Source of the DNA: Squalus acanthias
Taxonomy: Eukaryota
Length of the DNA stretch: 64,000 nt
Direction: 5' to 3'
Assembly: GCA_030390025.1 (NCBI GenBank)
Contig: CM059441.1
Coordinates: forward strand, 20,708,001-20,772,000
The notes below the pieces were generated by a model. That model saw only the letters and a program-made list of their open reading frames with translations. It was not told the DNA's origin and did not search any database. The position numbers and the translations under genes are program-made. Shown piece by piece: positions 11,975-24,308 of this stretch (positions within the stretch are counted from its first letter, which is position 1; each line of letters begins with the position of its first letter).

Positions 11975-12690
11975 AATTTGTTTTTATGGAATGTAGGCGT
12001 CGCTGGCAAGACCAGCATTTATTGCCCATCCCTAGTTGCCCCTTGAGAAGGTGTTGGTGAGCCGCCTTCTTGAACCGCTGCAGCCCGTGTGGTGATGGTA
12101 CTCCCACAGTGCTGTTAGGTAGGGAGTTCCAGGATTTTGATCCAGCGACGATGAAGGATCGGCGATATACTTCTAAGTCAGGATGACGTGTGACTTGGAG
12201 GGGAACCTGGAGGTGGTGGTGTTCCCATGCGCCTGCTGCCCTTGTCCTTCTAGGTGGAAGAGGTCACGGGTTTGGGAGGTGCTGCCGAAGAAGCCTTGGC
12301 GAGTTGCTGCAGTGCATCTTGTAGATGGTACACACTGCAGCCACAGTACGCCGGTGGTGGAGGGAGTGAATGTTTAAGGTGGTGGATGGGCTGCCAATCA
12401 AACGGGCTGCTTTGTCCTGGATGGTGTTGAGCTTCTTGAGTGTTGTTGGAGCTGCACTCATCCAGGCAAGTGGAGAGTATTCCATCACACTCCTGACTTG
12501 TGCCTTGTAGATGATGGAAAGGCTTTGGGGAGTCAGGAGGTGAGACACTCGCCACAGAATATCCAGCCTCTGACCTGCTCTTGTTGCCACATTATTTATG
12601 TGGCTGGTCCAGTTAAGTTTCTGGTCAATGGTGACCCCCAGGATGTTGATGGTGGGGGATTTGCCGATGTTAATGCCATTGACTTCAAGG
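11975..12690 (-). mobile_element. Non-LTR retrotransposon 3' fragment (second family, CR1/L2-group)
   Basis: YKAQVRSVMEYSPLAW...LHHRRTVA motif and the shared tail gggcaataaatgctggccttgccagcgacgcc. Confidence 0.8.
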
Positions 12691-12926
12691 TGCGGTGTTT
12701 AGTCTCTCGCTTGACTGGACTTTCTTTGAAAGAGCCAACGCAGACTCGATGGGCCGAATGGCCTCCTTCTGTGCTGTGATTCTATGAATTGATTTTAAAC
12801 TAAGTACAGAGATAATTGGCTCATTCAGTTTTCTGACAGTAGACAAACTGACAACTGAAAGGAGGATAGGTAGATGTCTCCTGTTAAATATCTGACATTA
12901 GATGTGTTGCCATGTGAAATTCTTAC

Positions 12927-12982
12927 CATAGCATTGTAAACTGGGTTAGCTTCTTCCTCTGTGTGTGTTAATCCTTTCTGAC
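12927..12982 (-). CDS. Gene A cytoplasmic exon, (G)QKGLTHTEEEANPVYNAM
   Basis: tcgttcttag acceptor and gtaaga donor, phase 1 to 0. Its 56-nt length and phases are identical to gene B exon 57039-57094. Confidence 0.85.
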
Positions 12983-13822
12983 CTAAGAACGATACAGATA
13001 TAGATTACAGAGACATTACTATAAAGTTAAAAATTAATATTGTGAATCCATTGTTGTACATAGTTTAATGAATACTGATCTACAGTGTGCTTTTGTATTC
13101 GCAACAGACAAGTTTACTAAAAAGTAACATCCTTATATCAGAGGTCAAAGTCAGCAAATAGAATCAGATATATAAGTCCAGAAATGACTCTTTGCAATAT
13201 TTGTAATATTAGCATACAAACACTCAGAACAATCATATGTCGCTCCTCTATCTGCTATTTTAATAGAGGCATTAACCCATTTATTTTTATATTCGTTCCT
13301 GGGATGAGGGCGTTGCTGGCAAGGCCAGCATTTATTGCCCATCTGTAGTTGCCCCTGAGAAGGGCAATTGAGAAGGGTTTATTTTAAACATATCGGGGTA
13401 AATTTTTGTCTTCACTGCATTGGGCCGGAGTGGATTGCCTGTCTTTTAAACAGTCTGCTCGACATTAATTCCACAGAAACCAATTGAAAAGGTTCTGCCA
13501 ATTATCTGAAACAACTTCATCTGGAATCCCATATCTCGTAAAATTGCATTTGAATTCTTGGTAGTGGTTTACTAATTTAGTTACTAAAAAATTGAAATGT
13601 AGTCTACGATGATTAAACATTGATTCAAATACATCAAGCTTAACTTTCCGCCCTGGTCCACTTGGATCGCCATGCTTACATTGGCTCTTTGCACACTTAC
13701 TTCTTGTATGTGCTGCATTGTATATTGTTCTCTTTCTATGGCTTTATTGAAATCTGTAGGTTCAAGGCATATTCTTATTCATTGTTTAGCTTGACTACTG
13801 CTGCCCCAGAGATTCCTGCAGG

Positions 13823-14690
13823 TGTCAGCTGTGGCTCAGTTAGTAATAACTTCTGAGTCAGCAGGTTGCGGATTCAAGTCCCACTCCAGAGTCTTGAGCA
13901 CAAAGATCGAGGCTGACACTCCAGTGCAGTGCTGAGGGGAGCGCTGCACCGTCGGAGATGCCGTCTTTCGGAAGAGACGTTAAACCGAGGCCCCGCCTGC
14001 TCTCTCAGGTGGGCGTAAAAGGTCCCGTGGCACTACGTCGAAGGCAAGCAAGCGAATTCTCCCCAGCGCCCTGACCAATATTTACCCCTCAACCCACTTC
14101 ACTAAAAAACAGATAATCTGGTCATCATCACGTTCTGTTTGTGTGAGCTTGTTGTCACGTTTCCTACATTTACAAAAGTACTTCATAAAACATAAGACGT
14201 AGGAGCAGGAGTCGGTCATTTGGCCCCTCGAGCCTGCTCCGCCATTCAATAAGATCATGGCTGATCGGATCTTGGCCTCAACTCCACTTCCCTGCCCACT
14301 CCCCATAACCCTTGACTCCCTTATCGTTCAAAAATCTGTCTATCTCCACCTTAAATATATTCAATGACCCAGCCTCCACAGCTCTCTGGGGAAGAGAATT
14401 CCAAAGATTCACGACCCTCTCAGAGAAGAAATTCCTCCTCATTTCCGATTTAAAGGGGTGCCCCCTTATTCTGAAATTATGCCCCCTAGTTCTAGATTGC
14501 CCCACGAGGGGAAACATCCTCTCTGCATCTACCCTGTCAAGCCCCTTCAGAATCTTATATGTTTCAATAAGATCCCCTCTCATTCTTCTAAACTCCAATG
14601 AGTATAGGCCCCAACCTTTCTTCATAAGATAACTTGGCTGTAAAGTGCTTTGGGACGTTCTGAGGTGAACGGTGCTGTATCAAGTTCTGT
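13823..14690 (+). mobile_element. Deu-domain SINE split by a CR1 fragment
   Basis: Head and core at 13823-14187; the tail resumes at ttggctgtaaagtgctttggg (14634). Confidence 0.75.
14189..14632 (-). mobile_element. CR1 LINE 3' fragment inserted in a SINE
   Basis: LYSLEFRRMRGDLIETYK...RVVNLWNSLP. Confidence 0.88.
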
Positions 14691-15033
14691 CTTTCTTTTC
14701 TTTGCATCTAGTGCTGGTACTAAGCTCTGGCCGGTGCAGGGGCTGACACAGGCCATTTAGGCTGGTCAGGAGCCTGCGACTGACCAGCGGCCAGGAAAAT
14801 TGGCCCTTACGAAACCAGCAGAATTATAAGTAGAGAGGAACGCAGGAATTTACTGAACTGGTCAAACCACTGCAGTCTATCTGGACAGTCCAAGTGACCA
14901 GAAAATATCCCACGACAGCATCGATCAAATGTTATTTTGTACTCTATGACAGAGGATGGAGAAACGGGTAGCACTTGTGCTTTAACCTGCAAGATCCTGT
15001 TTTACCTGGAATCAAATTTGTAACCGTAAATTA

Positions 15034-15180
15034 GGCCGGGAATTTCCTCGGAGCCGCTCGCTCCCACTCTGCCGCCGCAACTTTGCCGGCAGCGCGGCAG
15101 AAAACCCACTTCCACGGATTCCGCCGCGAAGTTCCGGCCGGCCGGAGCGGGAGCGAGCAGCTCCGTGGAGATTCCCGGCC
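15034..15180. mobile_element. GC-rich fold-back MITE
   Basis: GGCCGGGAAT...ATTCCCGGCC termini with extended internal complementarity. Confidence 0.6.
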
Positions 15181-15262
15181 TCGCTCTTCAGCTTGCCCAG
15201 TTGGAAAGCAGAGAGGTTGTCCTTTCATTTGGAACTGGAATTTTCTAAATCGTGTAACTTAC

Positions 15263-15369
15263 CAGCTGCCGTCTGCTTTCTGGATCTTCTGACAAAAATA
15301 ATAGCAAGAAGGAGCAGTATAACCAAAACTCCGAGCGCAGGTACCAGAATGATGATTAAGTTTGTGGTG
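15263..15369 (-). CDS. Gene A transmembrane exon, TTNLIIILVPALGVLVILLLLAIIFVRRSRKQTAA
   Basis: Polypyrimidine ttcttctgtttccatag acceptor and gtaagt donor, phase 2 to 1. A 23-residue hydrophobic run is followed by the basic stop-transfer RRSRK. Confidence 0.9.
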
Positions 15370-15874
15370 CTATGGAAACAGAAGAATGGAAAGTTTAGTA
15401 CTCCAAAGTGAGGCTCATTTACATCCTCCCAGCAATACAGCCTCAAATTTTAAAATTTCACTATTTCCTTATCTCGCCTGTACTGCTGAAAAGCACTGAT
15501 GTTTGCAGGGTGTAATCGCACAGGCACTGGCCAATATTCATGCCTAAGCCTTGCTAACGACTGTCAGCAGGCAAATTCAGTTGCAGTTGGATCACAGATA
15601 ACTCCAATCCTATCCTCACTTAATATTCACAAGAAAACTTTTCCAGCGGGTTGCCGGGCAGCGAGCAGGAGAGGAAATCCTGAAGAATCTTCCCCTGTGT
15701 GAATTCGGACCATTTCTCCGTTGAAAGTACCTGAGCAGTGACCCTCAGGGAGCAGCCCTTGTTAAACACAGAACCACATTAGCATCGCAACCATGCCCCG
15801 CATCCCATCACACTCGTGAGCAATGCCAGCGAGATCAGCTAGCTTCTTTAAACAGTCTTAATGAACATGTTTTG

Positions 15875-16205
15875 TGGATGTTTCCCCTCATGGGGAAATC
15901 TAGACCTCGGGGGCATAGTTTCAGAATAAAGGGTCGCCCTTTTAGAACTGAGATGAGGAGGAATTTCTTCTCTCAGAGGGTCGTAAATCTGTGGAATTCT
16001 CTGCCGCAGAGAGCCGTGGAGGCTGGGTCATTAAATACATTTAAGGTGGAGATGGACAGATTTTTGCAAGATAAGGGAGTGAAGGGTTATGGGGAGCGGG
16101 CAAGGAAGTGGCTTTGAGCCTAAGATCAGCCGTGATCTTATTGAATGACGGAGCAGGCTCGAGGGGCCAAGTGGCCTATTCCTGCTCCTATTTCTTATGT
16201 TCTTA
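15875..16205 (+). mobile_element. CR1 LINE 3' fragment
   Basis: RRNFFSQRVVNLWNSLP and 3' UTR. Confidence 0.85.
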
Positions 16206-18206
16206 TTGTTCTTGTAAATACATGTAAAGCATTCACAGTTAGAGCTGGACCTGTGCAGCCACAATTGATTGAGTGGTTTGGTTTGATCACAGAAAGCGAC
16301 ATTGAAATTTATTTGGCATCCAAATCATAAATAAGAAGTAATTTTAAAGTAATTGGCAAAAGAACCAGAGGCGCCATGGGAGAATTTTTTTTACTCTGCG
16401 AGTTGTTCTGATCTGGAATGCGCTGCCTGAAAGGGCGGTGGAAGCAGATTCAATAGTAACTTTCAAAAGGGAATTGGATAACTACTTGAAGGGGGAAAAT
16501 TTTGCAGGGCCATGGGGAAAGAGCAGGGGAGTGAGACTAATTGAATAGCTCTTTCAAAAAATCGGCACAGGCGCAATGGGCCGAATGGCCTCCTTCTCTG
16601 CTGTATCATGCTAGAACTCGATAAGAAGTGAAATCGTGTAAGAGTGACACACAGGGGCGGCGTTTATGCTGTGCAATTGCACGAGGCGTCGAGCCAGTCA
16701 GGCGGCCCGTGCGGATCCAGTGAAAGATCACCCGCGCAGAGCCGCATTAAACCATAGGTCTATCTGAGTAGTCTTAGGGCAGAAATCAATTTCAGTCTGA
16801 ATTCTGCCTCTATCAGGGCGTGCTGTTGTGTTATGTAATATTGAACTGCAGTAACATGCTTCAAAGAGGAATGAAGGAGCCTTAAGGGTGGTTATCAGGG
16901 GTGAAAGATATGGAGTAATACATCGACAGCATCGTACTCTGTTCCAAGGCCATTCAAGAGTGCATTTTTAGTGTTTCTTGAATGTGGCATATAAGTGCAG
17001 ACCACTATTGATAGTTGGTGTTCTTTGTTTAATTTATTGCCTGTTAGTGACTTGCCAATGCCAGTGCACTTTTCCAGCAGCTATTGTCTAAGATGACAAG
17101 TTTTAAAGTACCATACCGTTGCAAAGTATATCAGATCTGAATGACTCAAAAAAGTGTGTAAAACTACAGATATCAGACCTCAGCGCTCTCCTTCTCACCT
17201 TCCCCTCTCACCCTCCCCCAGTCATGGCTGAGGCGGGGGAACGATAAGACAAATTTCAGATCACTACTCAGATATTATAAAGACTTCACTGCAGCTAAAG
17301 CACGAAAAGCTAGTTTCTGGGTTGTCATACAGCTCATATACCGACATAACATCGGTGTTTCAAGACCTTTATAATCATTCGGTGTCATTATACTCTTATG
17401 TTATCTATCATTTTGTCACTCATTTATATATTACCTACTGCAAACCTGCCTTTTCATGATCGTACGTGCACGGATTTGACAACCGATTAAGTCAGTAGTA
17501 TTTAGTGTCATTGTCCAGTAAAGCGTAGGGGCCCCAAAATGAACCTTTGACAGGGCCCTCACAAGTCAAACACCGCCCCCGTGCCACACTAATGTAACTG
17601 AAGTAATGAGGAGGCAAAAAGATTAATAATCAGCTCATAATCAGGCTTTCATATCTGCAGGACCTTTCTCCAATGTTTTCTTCCATTTCCATCAACTCAA
17701 GGTGAGCTTCCACATCAGTCATCTGGTAATTTGGTTTACTCTATCAGCCTGGGTATTTAACATGGTGAAAATATGTAATTTTCTAAGCTACCAGCAGCAT
17801 ACCATACATAGTTAGTTCTATTTATTATTATCTCTGTATATTTATATATGTTATAAAATTAACACACTGAGGATTTTGATTTGCTGGCTTGCATCCAACT
17901 TCGAAACTTTATTTATCTTCCTTTGTGAACTGCAGTGACAAATGAACGAGGCGGCCTTCATCATATTACTCTTTGTGGGACTTTGCTGTGCACAATATGT
18001 TTGCCGCATTTACCCACATGACAACAGTAACAACTGCACAACGTAACTCATTCCATGTGGAGGACTTTGGGATGTTTCTGACACGTGATAAGACATTGTA
18101 TGAATGCAAGCTCGCTCTTTGTTTCACACGTACACTAATAGACAAATCTGATCACTATGCTCTTGAGTGGCTTCCATTGTGTGGCTGAAATGTTCATTGA
18201 CTCTAT

Positions 18207-18900
18207 GGGGGCGAAACTGGGTGCCTTTGCGCCTCCCGTTAGCGCCCCCCATGGGCGCAAATAGCTTTGCGATCGGGTGCGGCGCTGACATCGACTCCCG
18301 CCATATTCGGCGGGAGTTTTGCGGCGGCGCTACGGTGTTGCGCCCCCGATCTCCTTCGCCCGGAGATCATGACGTCATCACCGGATCCGAAATTGACTTC
18401 CGCCCCCTGCAGCAGCGCCAGGTCGAAAACACCGAGAGCTGCTGGAGGCGTGCATCGGGCGGCTGGCCGCTTCGGGGGCGATGATTAAAGGCGAGGTGGC
18501 CGAGGTAAGTAAAAAACCAACTTACCTTTCTTGTTCCAGTTTTTTTCGCGTGTTCCTGTCCGCGATCGATCAGCCCAGCACTCTGCTTGAGCGCCGGGCT
18601 GATCGCGCGGGATCGCGGCTGCCTTGGTGGGCCAGGTAGGCACTTTTTAAATTGCAGAGCCTGCAGCGATGGCCCTTCCCTTTAAGGGAGGGAAGGCAGC
18701 CTTTGAACGCGACAGCGCTGTTGAAGTCTCCGCCCTGCCTGCTGCCAATTGCACTCCAAGAAGGAAGTGGAGCGCTTGCTTCCTTCTTGGAGCGCAAACA
18801 GCGAATTTTTCAAAAGTTTGAAATTGTTAGTGCCTGGCGCTAACTTTTCAAACTTTTAAAAATGAGTGCCCCAAACAGGGCGATAGTGAATTTCTCCCAC
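18207..18900 (+). mobile_element. Non-autonomous Harbinger element (MITE) related to 6441-10629
   Basis: Ends GGGGGCGAAA and GAATTTCTCCCAC with TAT on both flanks. Shares the subterminal tagtgcctggcgctaa..tcaaacttt with 10557-10585. Confidence 0.75.
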
Positions 18901-19074
18901 TATAGTCCTTAAATGTTAATTAGCTTACGAGAGACAAGCAGCAGTTTTTGATGAAAAAGACCTACCAACAACGTCTTTGTTTTCTTCTCTTGTTACTATT
19001 TTTATATGGGTAAATGCGGCTAATATTTTGTGCACAGTAAGGTCCCACAAACAGTAGTATGATGTATGACCAGT

Positions 19075-19460
19075 TAATCTTATAAAATTCTGACAGGGCT
19101 CGACAGACTGGATGCAGGGAAGATGTTTCCCCTGGCTGGGGGGTCTAGAACGAGGGGTCACAGTCTCAGGATATGGGGTAGGACATTTAGGACTGAGATG
19201 AGGAGAAATTTCTTCACTCAGAGGGTGGTGAACCTGTGGAATTCTCTACCACAGAAGGCTGTGGAGGCCAAGTCACTGAATATATTTAAGAAGGAGATAG
19301 ATAGATTTCTAGACACAAAAGGCATCAAGAGGTATGGGGAGAGAGCGGGAATATGGTATTGAGATAGAGGATCAGCCATGATCATATTGAATGACGGAGC
19401 AGGCTCGAAGGGCCGAATGGCCTACTCCTGCTCCGATTTTTCTATGTTTCTATGTTTCTA
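19075..19460 (+). mobile_element. CR1 LINE 3' fragment
   Basis: Same C-terminal motif and a (TTCTATGT)n tail. Confidence 0.88.
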
Positions 19461-19480
19461 TCTCACTGTAGTTCACAAAG

Positions 19481-19932
19481 AAAGAACTTGCATTTTTATT
19501 GTGCCTTTCACGACCTCAGGACATCTGAAAGGGCTTTACAGCCAATGAAGTACTTTTTGGAGTGTAGTCACTGTTGTAATGTAGGAAACGCGGCAGCCAA
19601 TTTGCGCACAGCAAGCTCCCACAGACAGCAATGAGATAATGACCAGATAATCTTTTTAGTGATGTTGGTTGAGGGATAACTAATGGCCACACCACCGGGG
19701 TTCCTGCTCTTCTGCGAGTAATCTCATGGGATCTTTTACGTCCACCTGTGAGAGCAGACAGGGCCTCAGTTTAACGTCTCATCCGAAAGACGGCACCTCC
19801 GACAGTGCAGCACTCCCTCAGTACCGCACTGGAGTGTCAGCCTGGATTATGTGCTCAAGTTTGTGGAGTGAGACTTGAACCCACAACCTTCTGACTCAGA
19901 GACGAGAATGTTACCCATTGAGCCATGGCTGA
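19481..19932 (-). mobile_element. Deu-domain SINE
   Basis: Full-length family copy. Confidence 0.8.
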
Positions 19933-22900
19933 CAAGAGGCCAAAGTTGGAAGCAAAACAGCGAAAAGTTTTGCTCAATGTGTTAATTGTGCAATATATAC
20001 TTCTAATGAAAGCAAAATGGATTTAGAGAAATAATAATGAATTGAACTAACTACGTACGTTACGTTGCTAGCAGCTTTGAAACCAGCTTGTTCACTGGTA
20101 AGGAAATCTCACCAATTGGACAGTATGGTGGTTCATTGCATTGAACCATCATTGCTTAGCACCGCTTATTAACTCAGTGGAGGCTTGACCTGCAACGTGA
20201 GGCCCAGATACTGCCTCTTGAGGAAGTATGACCATATTGGGATAGTTGTGTTTCCAGGTGTTGTACAGCTTTTCTGGCTGGCCTCCAATCTGCCTGAGGA
20301 CAGTCCGATAAACACACTTAAGCTCTGCCCATTGCTTCCTGCCTAGTTGACTGCAATCTCTCTCCAAGATTTGGAAAAAACCTTCGCTGTTCAGTTTTTG
20401 GCTGCTTCTTTTGGGCGCCATCCTTGCTTGGCGGTGGAACACAATCTGGTCCTTGCTGTTTTTGTTTGATAGCAAGGAATCATAGACATTTTGTAGCATG
20501 AATGTTTGCGCTAACTGTCCTTTCTGAGCTCCCTCCTGACATGCAATACGGTCTTTTGCCTCATTTACCTTAAACCTTTAAGAATGGGGGAATACCTGTA
20601 GACGCTGGTTAAAATGGAAGACAGGATTGTTACCATTAACTCAGCATGTTAAGTGCTGTAGTATTTTGGCCACCCGGGGCCCCGTATTATCGGGTGCAGA
20701 ACCCCAAAGCTTACTTTAAGCCTGATGCAATGAACAGTTGGAAATGCAGATGGGAATTACCGAGCATGCTAGGAATTTGTGCACCTCTTATGTCACAAGG
20801 TCGCACATTTAACCTAAATTACAGGACCTCCCCATGGTGCGCTGGAGAGTCCGGGCAATCCTTCAGATGTTGAGCAGTCATTTCTGCCCCAGCTGTTCCT
20901 CGGTCTCCAACAGCTAATTCTTCAAAAGGGGACTTTGTAACCCACAGCTTTGAAAAAAAAATGGCAGTACTTCACTAGCTGTTGGGGGTCAACCTTCAGC
21001 CCTCGCCTCTTTGGCGTTCCCAGAACATCATGCGCTAAATGCCAGGACCACCAGAGAAATACTTGAAATGAGCTGACCTCATGTTATTGTGAGGGGCACA
21101 GGTGTATATTGAAACCGGGAGAGCCAAAGGCATTCTTGTCAGTTACCCCTACCTAATACAACAGTGACTACACTTCAAAAAGTACTTCATTGGCTGTAAA
21201 GCGCTTTGGGGCGTCCTGAGGTCATGAAAGGCGCTATATAAATGCAAGTCTTTCTTTCTTTTTCCATTCTAGTTAGTTCAGAGAGGAAAATATGGACCAT
21301 ACTTACTTCGAGCACTCAAATACCCCAATTCCTTTTTGTTTAGGTAATTAACTATATTCCAGCTCGGCGTTGACTTGGTGCCTTAACTTACTGCGACGTC
21401 AGGGTAGGATTCTGTGCCTTTGGAATATGTTAGCAGAGGAGTGCAAAGAAAAACTTGCTGCTACAAAGCTGTCTATTTTTGTACAATGCTCTGAAACCAG
21501 ACTTCTGCACTTCTGTTTCAACCTTGATTTAGACGAACCCACAGAACATTTCAAGTCAGCAAAAGGAAATTGGAACTGCTGTACCACCGACCATTTGGGT
21601 AAATCAGTTGTTTCGTTTTGACGTTAGGTTTGATGGATTAAATGCCAACTTACATTATGCAATTTAAAAAAAAACAGCAAGTCACTGAACCAGCTCGTGG
21701 CAGCTTGTGCAGATCTACGTCAAATTCTGTTTTTAACTACTGCTGGTTTGGGGATTGCTTTCTGCAATTGAATCCGTTCATTCCCGATTCTGGATATGTC
21801 CCTTTACAACAACCCTGCCACTGGCTGAAGTTACCTCAGACCGTTGAAGGAGATCAAAAATATTCTTTAAGGGTAAAAAAAAAACCCTAACAAAACAAAA
21901 ACTGATCCCCGCCAGTCGGTAATAATGGAGTTTGACCGTGAGTACCACAAAATCAAATCGCATCTTAACCTGCAAACCTGGCTGAGTGAACAACTTGGTT
22001 TCCCAATGTAAAAATCATAAGGGCCTTCCGAGTCAGGATAGGCCGTGGCTCACTGGGCATTTGAGGGCATGCAGTTCCTGATTTATCGCTCATTGGCCAA
22101 TCAGTGAATCAGCCCTATGGATAAATGTTTGATACTGGGATGGCTTTTACATCAATTTTTTTTTACATTAGAACCAACTGGACAGCAATGCCCTGTGATC
22201 GAAAACATGTCCCTGGCCTCCCCTACGGTTCATCGAGTAGGTGGGCTAAGCCACACGACCAGGAAGATTCCAGCTCTGTGCTGCGTTATCCAAACATAGC
22301 TGAGATGGCAGATGGGGCGACATAATTACTTCCAGCCCCTCTGGGTCAGGGAAGGGAAAAATGATTACCCAATCAACCACCCCTTGCTGGCAATGTGCAT
22401 GCACAAACATCAAGTGAGGGCAGATTTGGGCTTAGCTGTGAGGCAACTTGGGGTCAAATAGATTGCTGATGATGCTAAGGCTCACGCATGAATAATGGAC
22501 ACAGTGGGATTCATTCCCCAGCAATGAGTCAACAGCTTCAGGAAAGAAGAGGAGAAAACTGGCAGCAACAATAAATATAACAAGAAACACATGTTCAATT
22601 TCTGGAAACACTCTGTGACTGCTGACCAAATCTGGCTCCCAATATTCTTCTGTGATGTGAGAACTCCGACCTTGAGCTATTCGACAAAGAGGACTCGGAT
22701 CAATCAATGTCCCTGTCCCCCTTCTTAGAAACAGATGTCAACCAAAGCCAGGATTCCAGGCCGGGACCTATGCTTTGATCTGTGCCCAAGGGGCTTGGGA
22801 CCACCCCTGAAAGAAAAGCGTCAGGCGGCCATATTGCTCATACTTAGCAGCGTTTCATTAATATTGAATAACAAAAGAGTTCCATTCTGGAATCCTTGAA

Positions 22901-22944
22901 AGAATATTAATTTCATTTATTTCTTTATTGCTTCATAAAACTAC

Positions 22945-23005
22945 CTTTCATTTCCCCAGTCGGTTGTTCTCTGAAGTTCAGTGGTCACTGTTGGTGTTGT
23001 AAGAG
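22945..23005 (-). CDS. Gene A Thr-rich stalk exon, (A)LTTPTVTTELQRTTDWGNE(S)
   Basis: ttgtttttacag acceptor and gtagtt donor, phase 1 to 2, exactly bridging the V exon and the TM exon. Mucin-like Thr/Pro composition. Confidence 0.8.
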
Positions 23006-23463
23006 CTGTAAAAACAACAACAATCTAAGTATTTTGCTGAGGTAAAAGTTTATATCCTGCTTCATGCACATTTTGGCAAATACTTTTTGCCTTTGCTGAA
23101 TTTTGTAACTTGTACTGCACTAGACAGAGCATTACACAGAGTTTTCCGTGAGCTAGAACTATGCAATGCCCAGAAAATACACATTATGTTATGGCAGATG
23201 AACGTCAATTAATATGCATGGGGTGGTGGTCCCTGAAACAATGGTGGCATCACATGTTAATGCAGGCTGGATCTGAGACATACAACAACAACCTGCATTC
23301 ATATAGTGCCTTTAAAGTAGTAAAACGCCCCACGGCGCCAACTCTAGTTGTCATAGATGGATCACGTGGAGGGATAAACAGCTCTGCCAGTGTCAAAGAT
23401 TGCAACATTCAATATTGATGAAGGGCTCAGCTGTTTCTTAGAGCTTTTTGGGACGGGGACAAG

Positions 23464-24308
23464 GGGGGCGATTTTGCCATTGGGGGCGCGTTGGAGGCGG
23501 GACTGCTGCTTGTCGGGTTTCAGTCCCGCCTCCATCGAGTTGTGGCCAACCCACGCTATTTTCCCTTGATTGACCTTGTTAAGCCCGCCCAGCGGGCTGA
23601 GCAGGCCAATTAAGAGGAAGCCGGTTACAGAGAACGTCAGCGTATGACGTTTCATCTGTCAAAAAGTTTTGACAGATGAATTGCCATCATTTGACAGCTC
23701 TGTGAAGCTGTCAAACACTGACATTTTATGTTGTTTGATGAGTCCTTGTATTCAAGACTCATCAAACCTCTTTTGTGAGCAGAAATTAGATGGTTGTTGC
23801 ATCGGAGAATGCAGCAGCCATCTGTCATCACTGCCGGTGAGATGCGAGAGTCTCCGCATCCCCAACTGTTGAAGCCTGCAGGAAGAAACAAAGGTAAGTA
23901 AACATTTTCTATCACTTTACACTCACCTCACATACTTACCTCTCCACACTTGCACCCATCACTTACCTTTACAACGCACTTTTGCACCTCTCTGACCCCC
24001 ACAGACCTACTGCTCGCCTCGGTGGCCCTGGCGGGGTTTCCCGACGTCGGGAAGCCCGCGCCTCTGTTGGAAAAATGGGGATAATCCTCTTAACTGCCTG
24101 TTTACTACCTGTTAACAGGCAGTTAAGTGGCTGTAATCCCCTTCCCGCCTCGAGGAGACGGGACCCGGCATGGGTCGGCTACCCGCCTCCTGGGAAGATG
24201 GCACGGAGGTGAGTTGGGGGCGGGATGGGCACCCGCCCCCAGATTCTGCCATTTTCCCGGCAGTCCCGCCTCCAAACCTGCCTCCCCAGGGCTGGCAAGA
24301 TCACGCTC
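23464..24308. mobile_element. Probable non-autonomous Harbinger-type element
   Basis: Imperfect 16-bp TIR (gggggcgattttgcca vs gagcgtgatcttgcca), AAG on both flanks, GC-rich arms. Confidence 0.5.

Noticed and set aside
20149-20499. 116-aa minus-strand ORF with a vague Myb/MADF-like flavour
   Set aside because: It has no convincing motif, splice structure or termini. It may be a decayed transposon remnant, but this cannot be supported.
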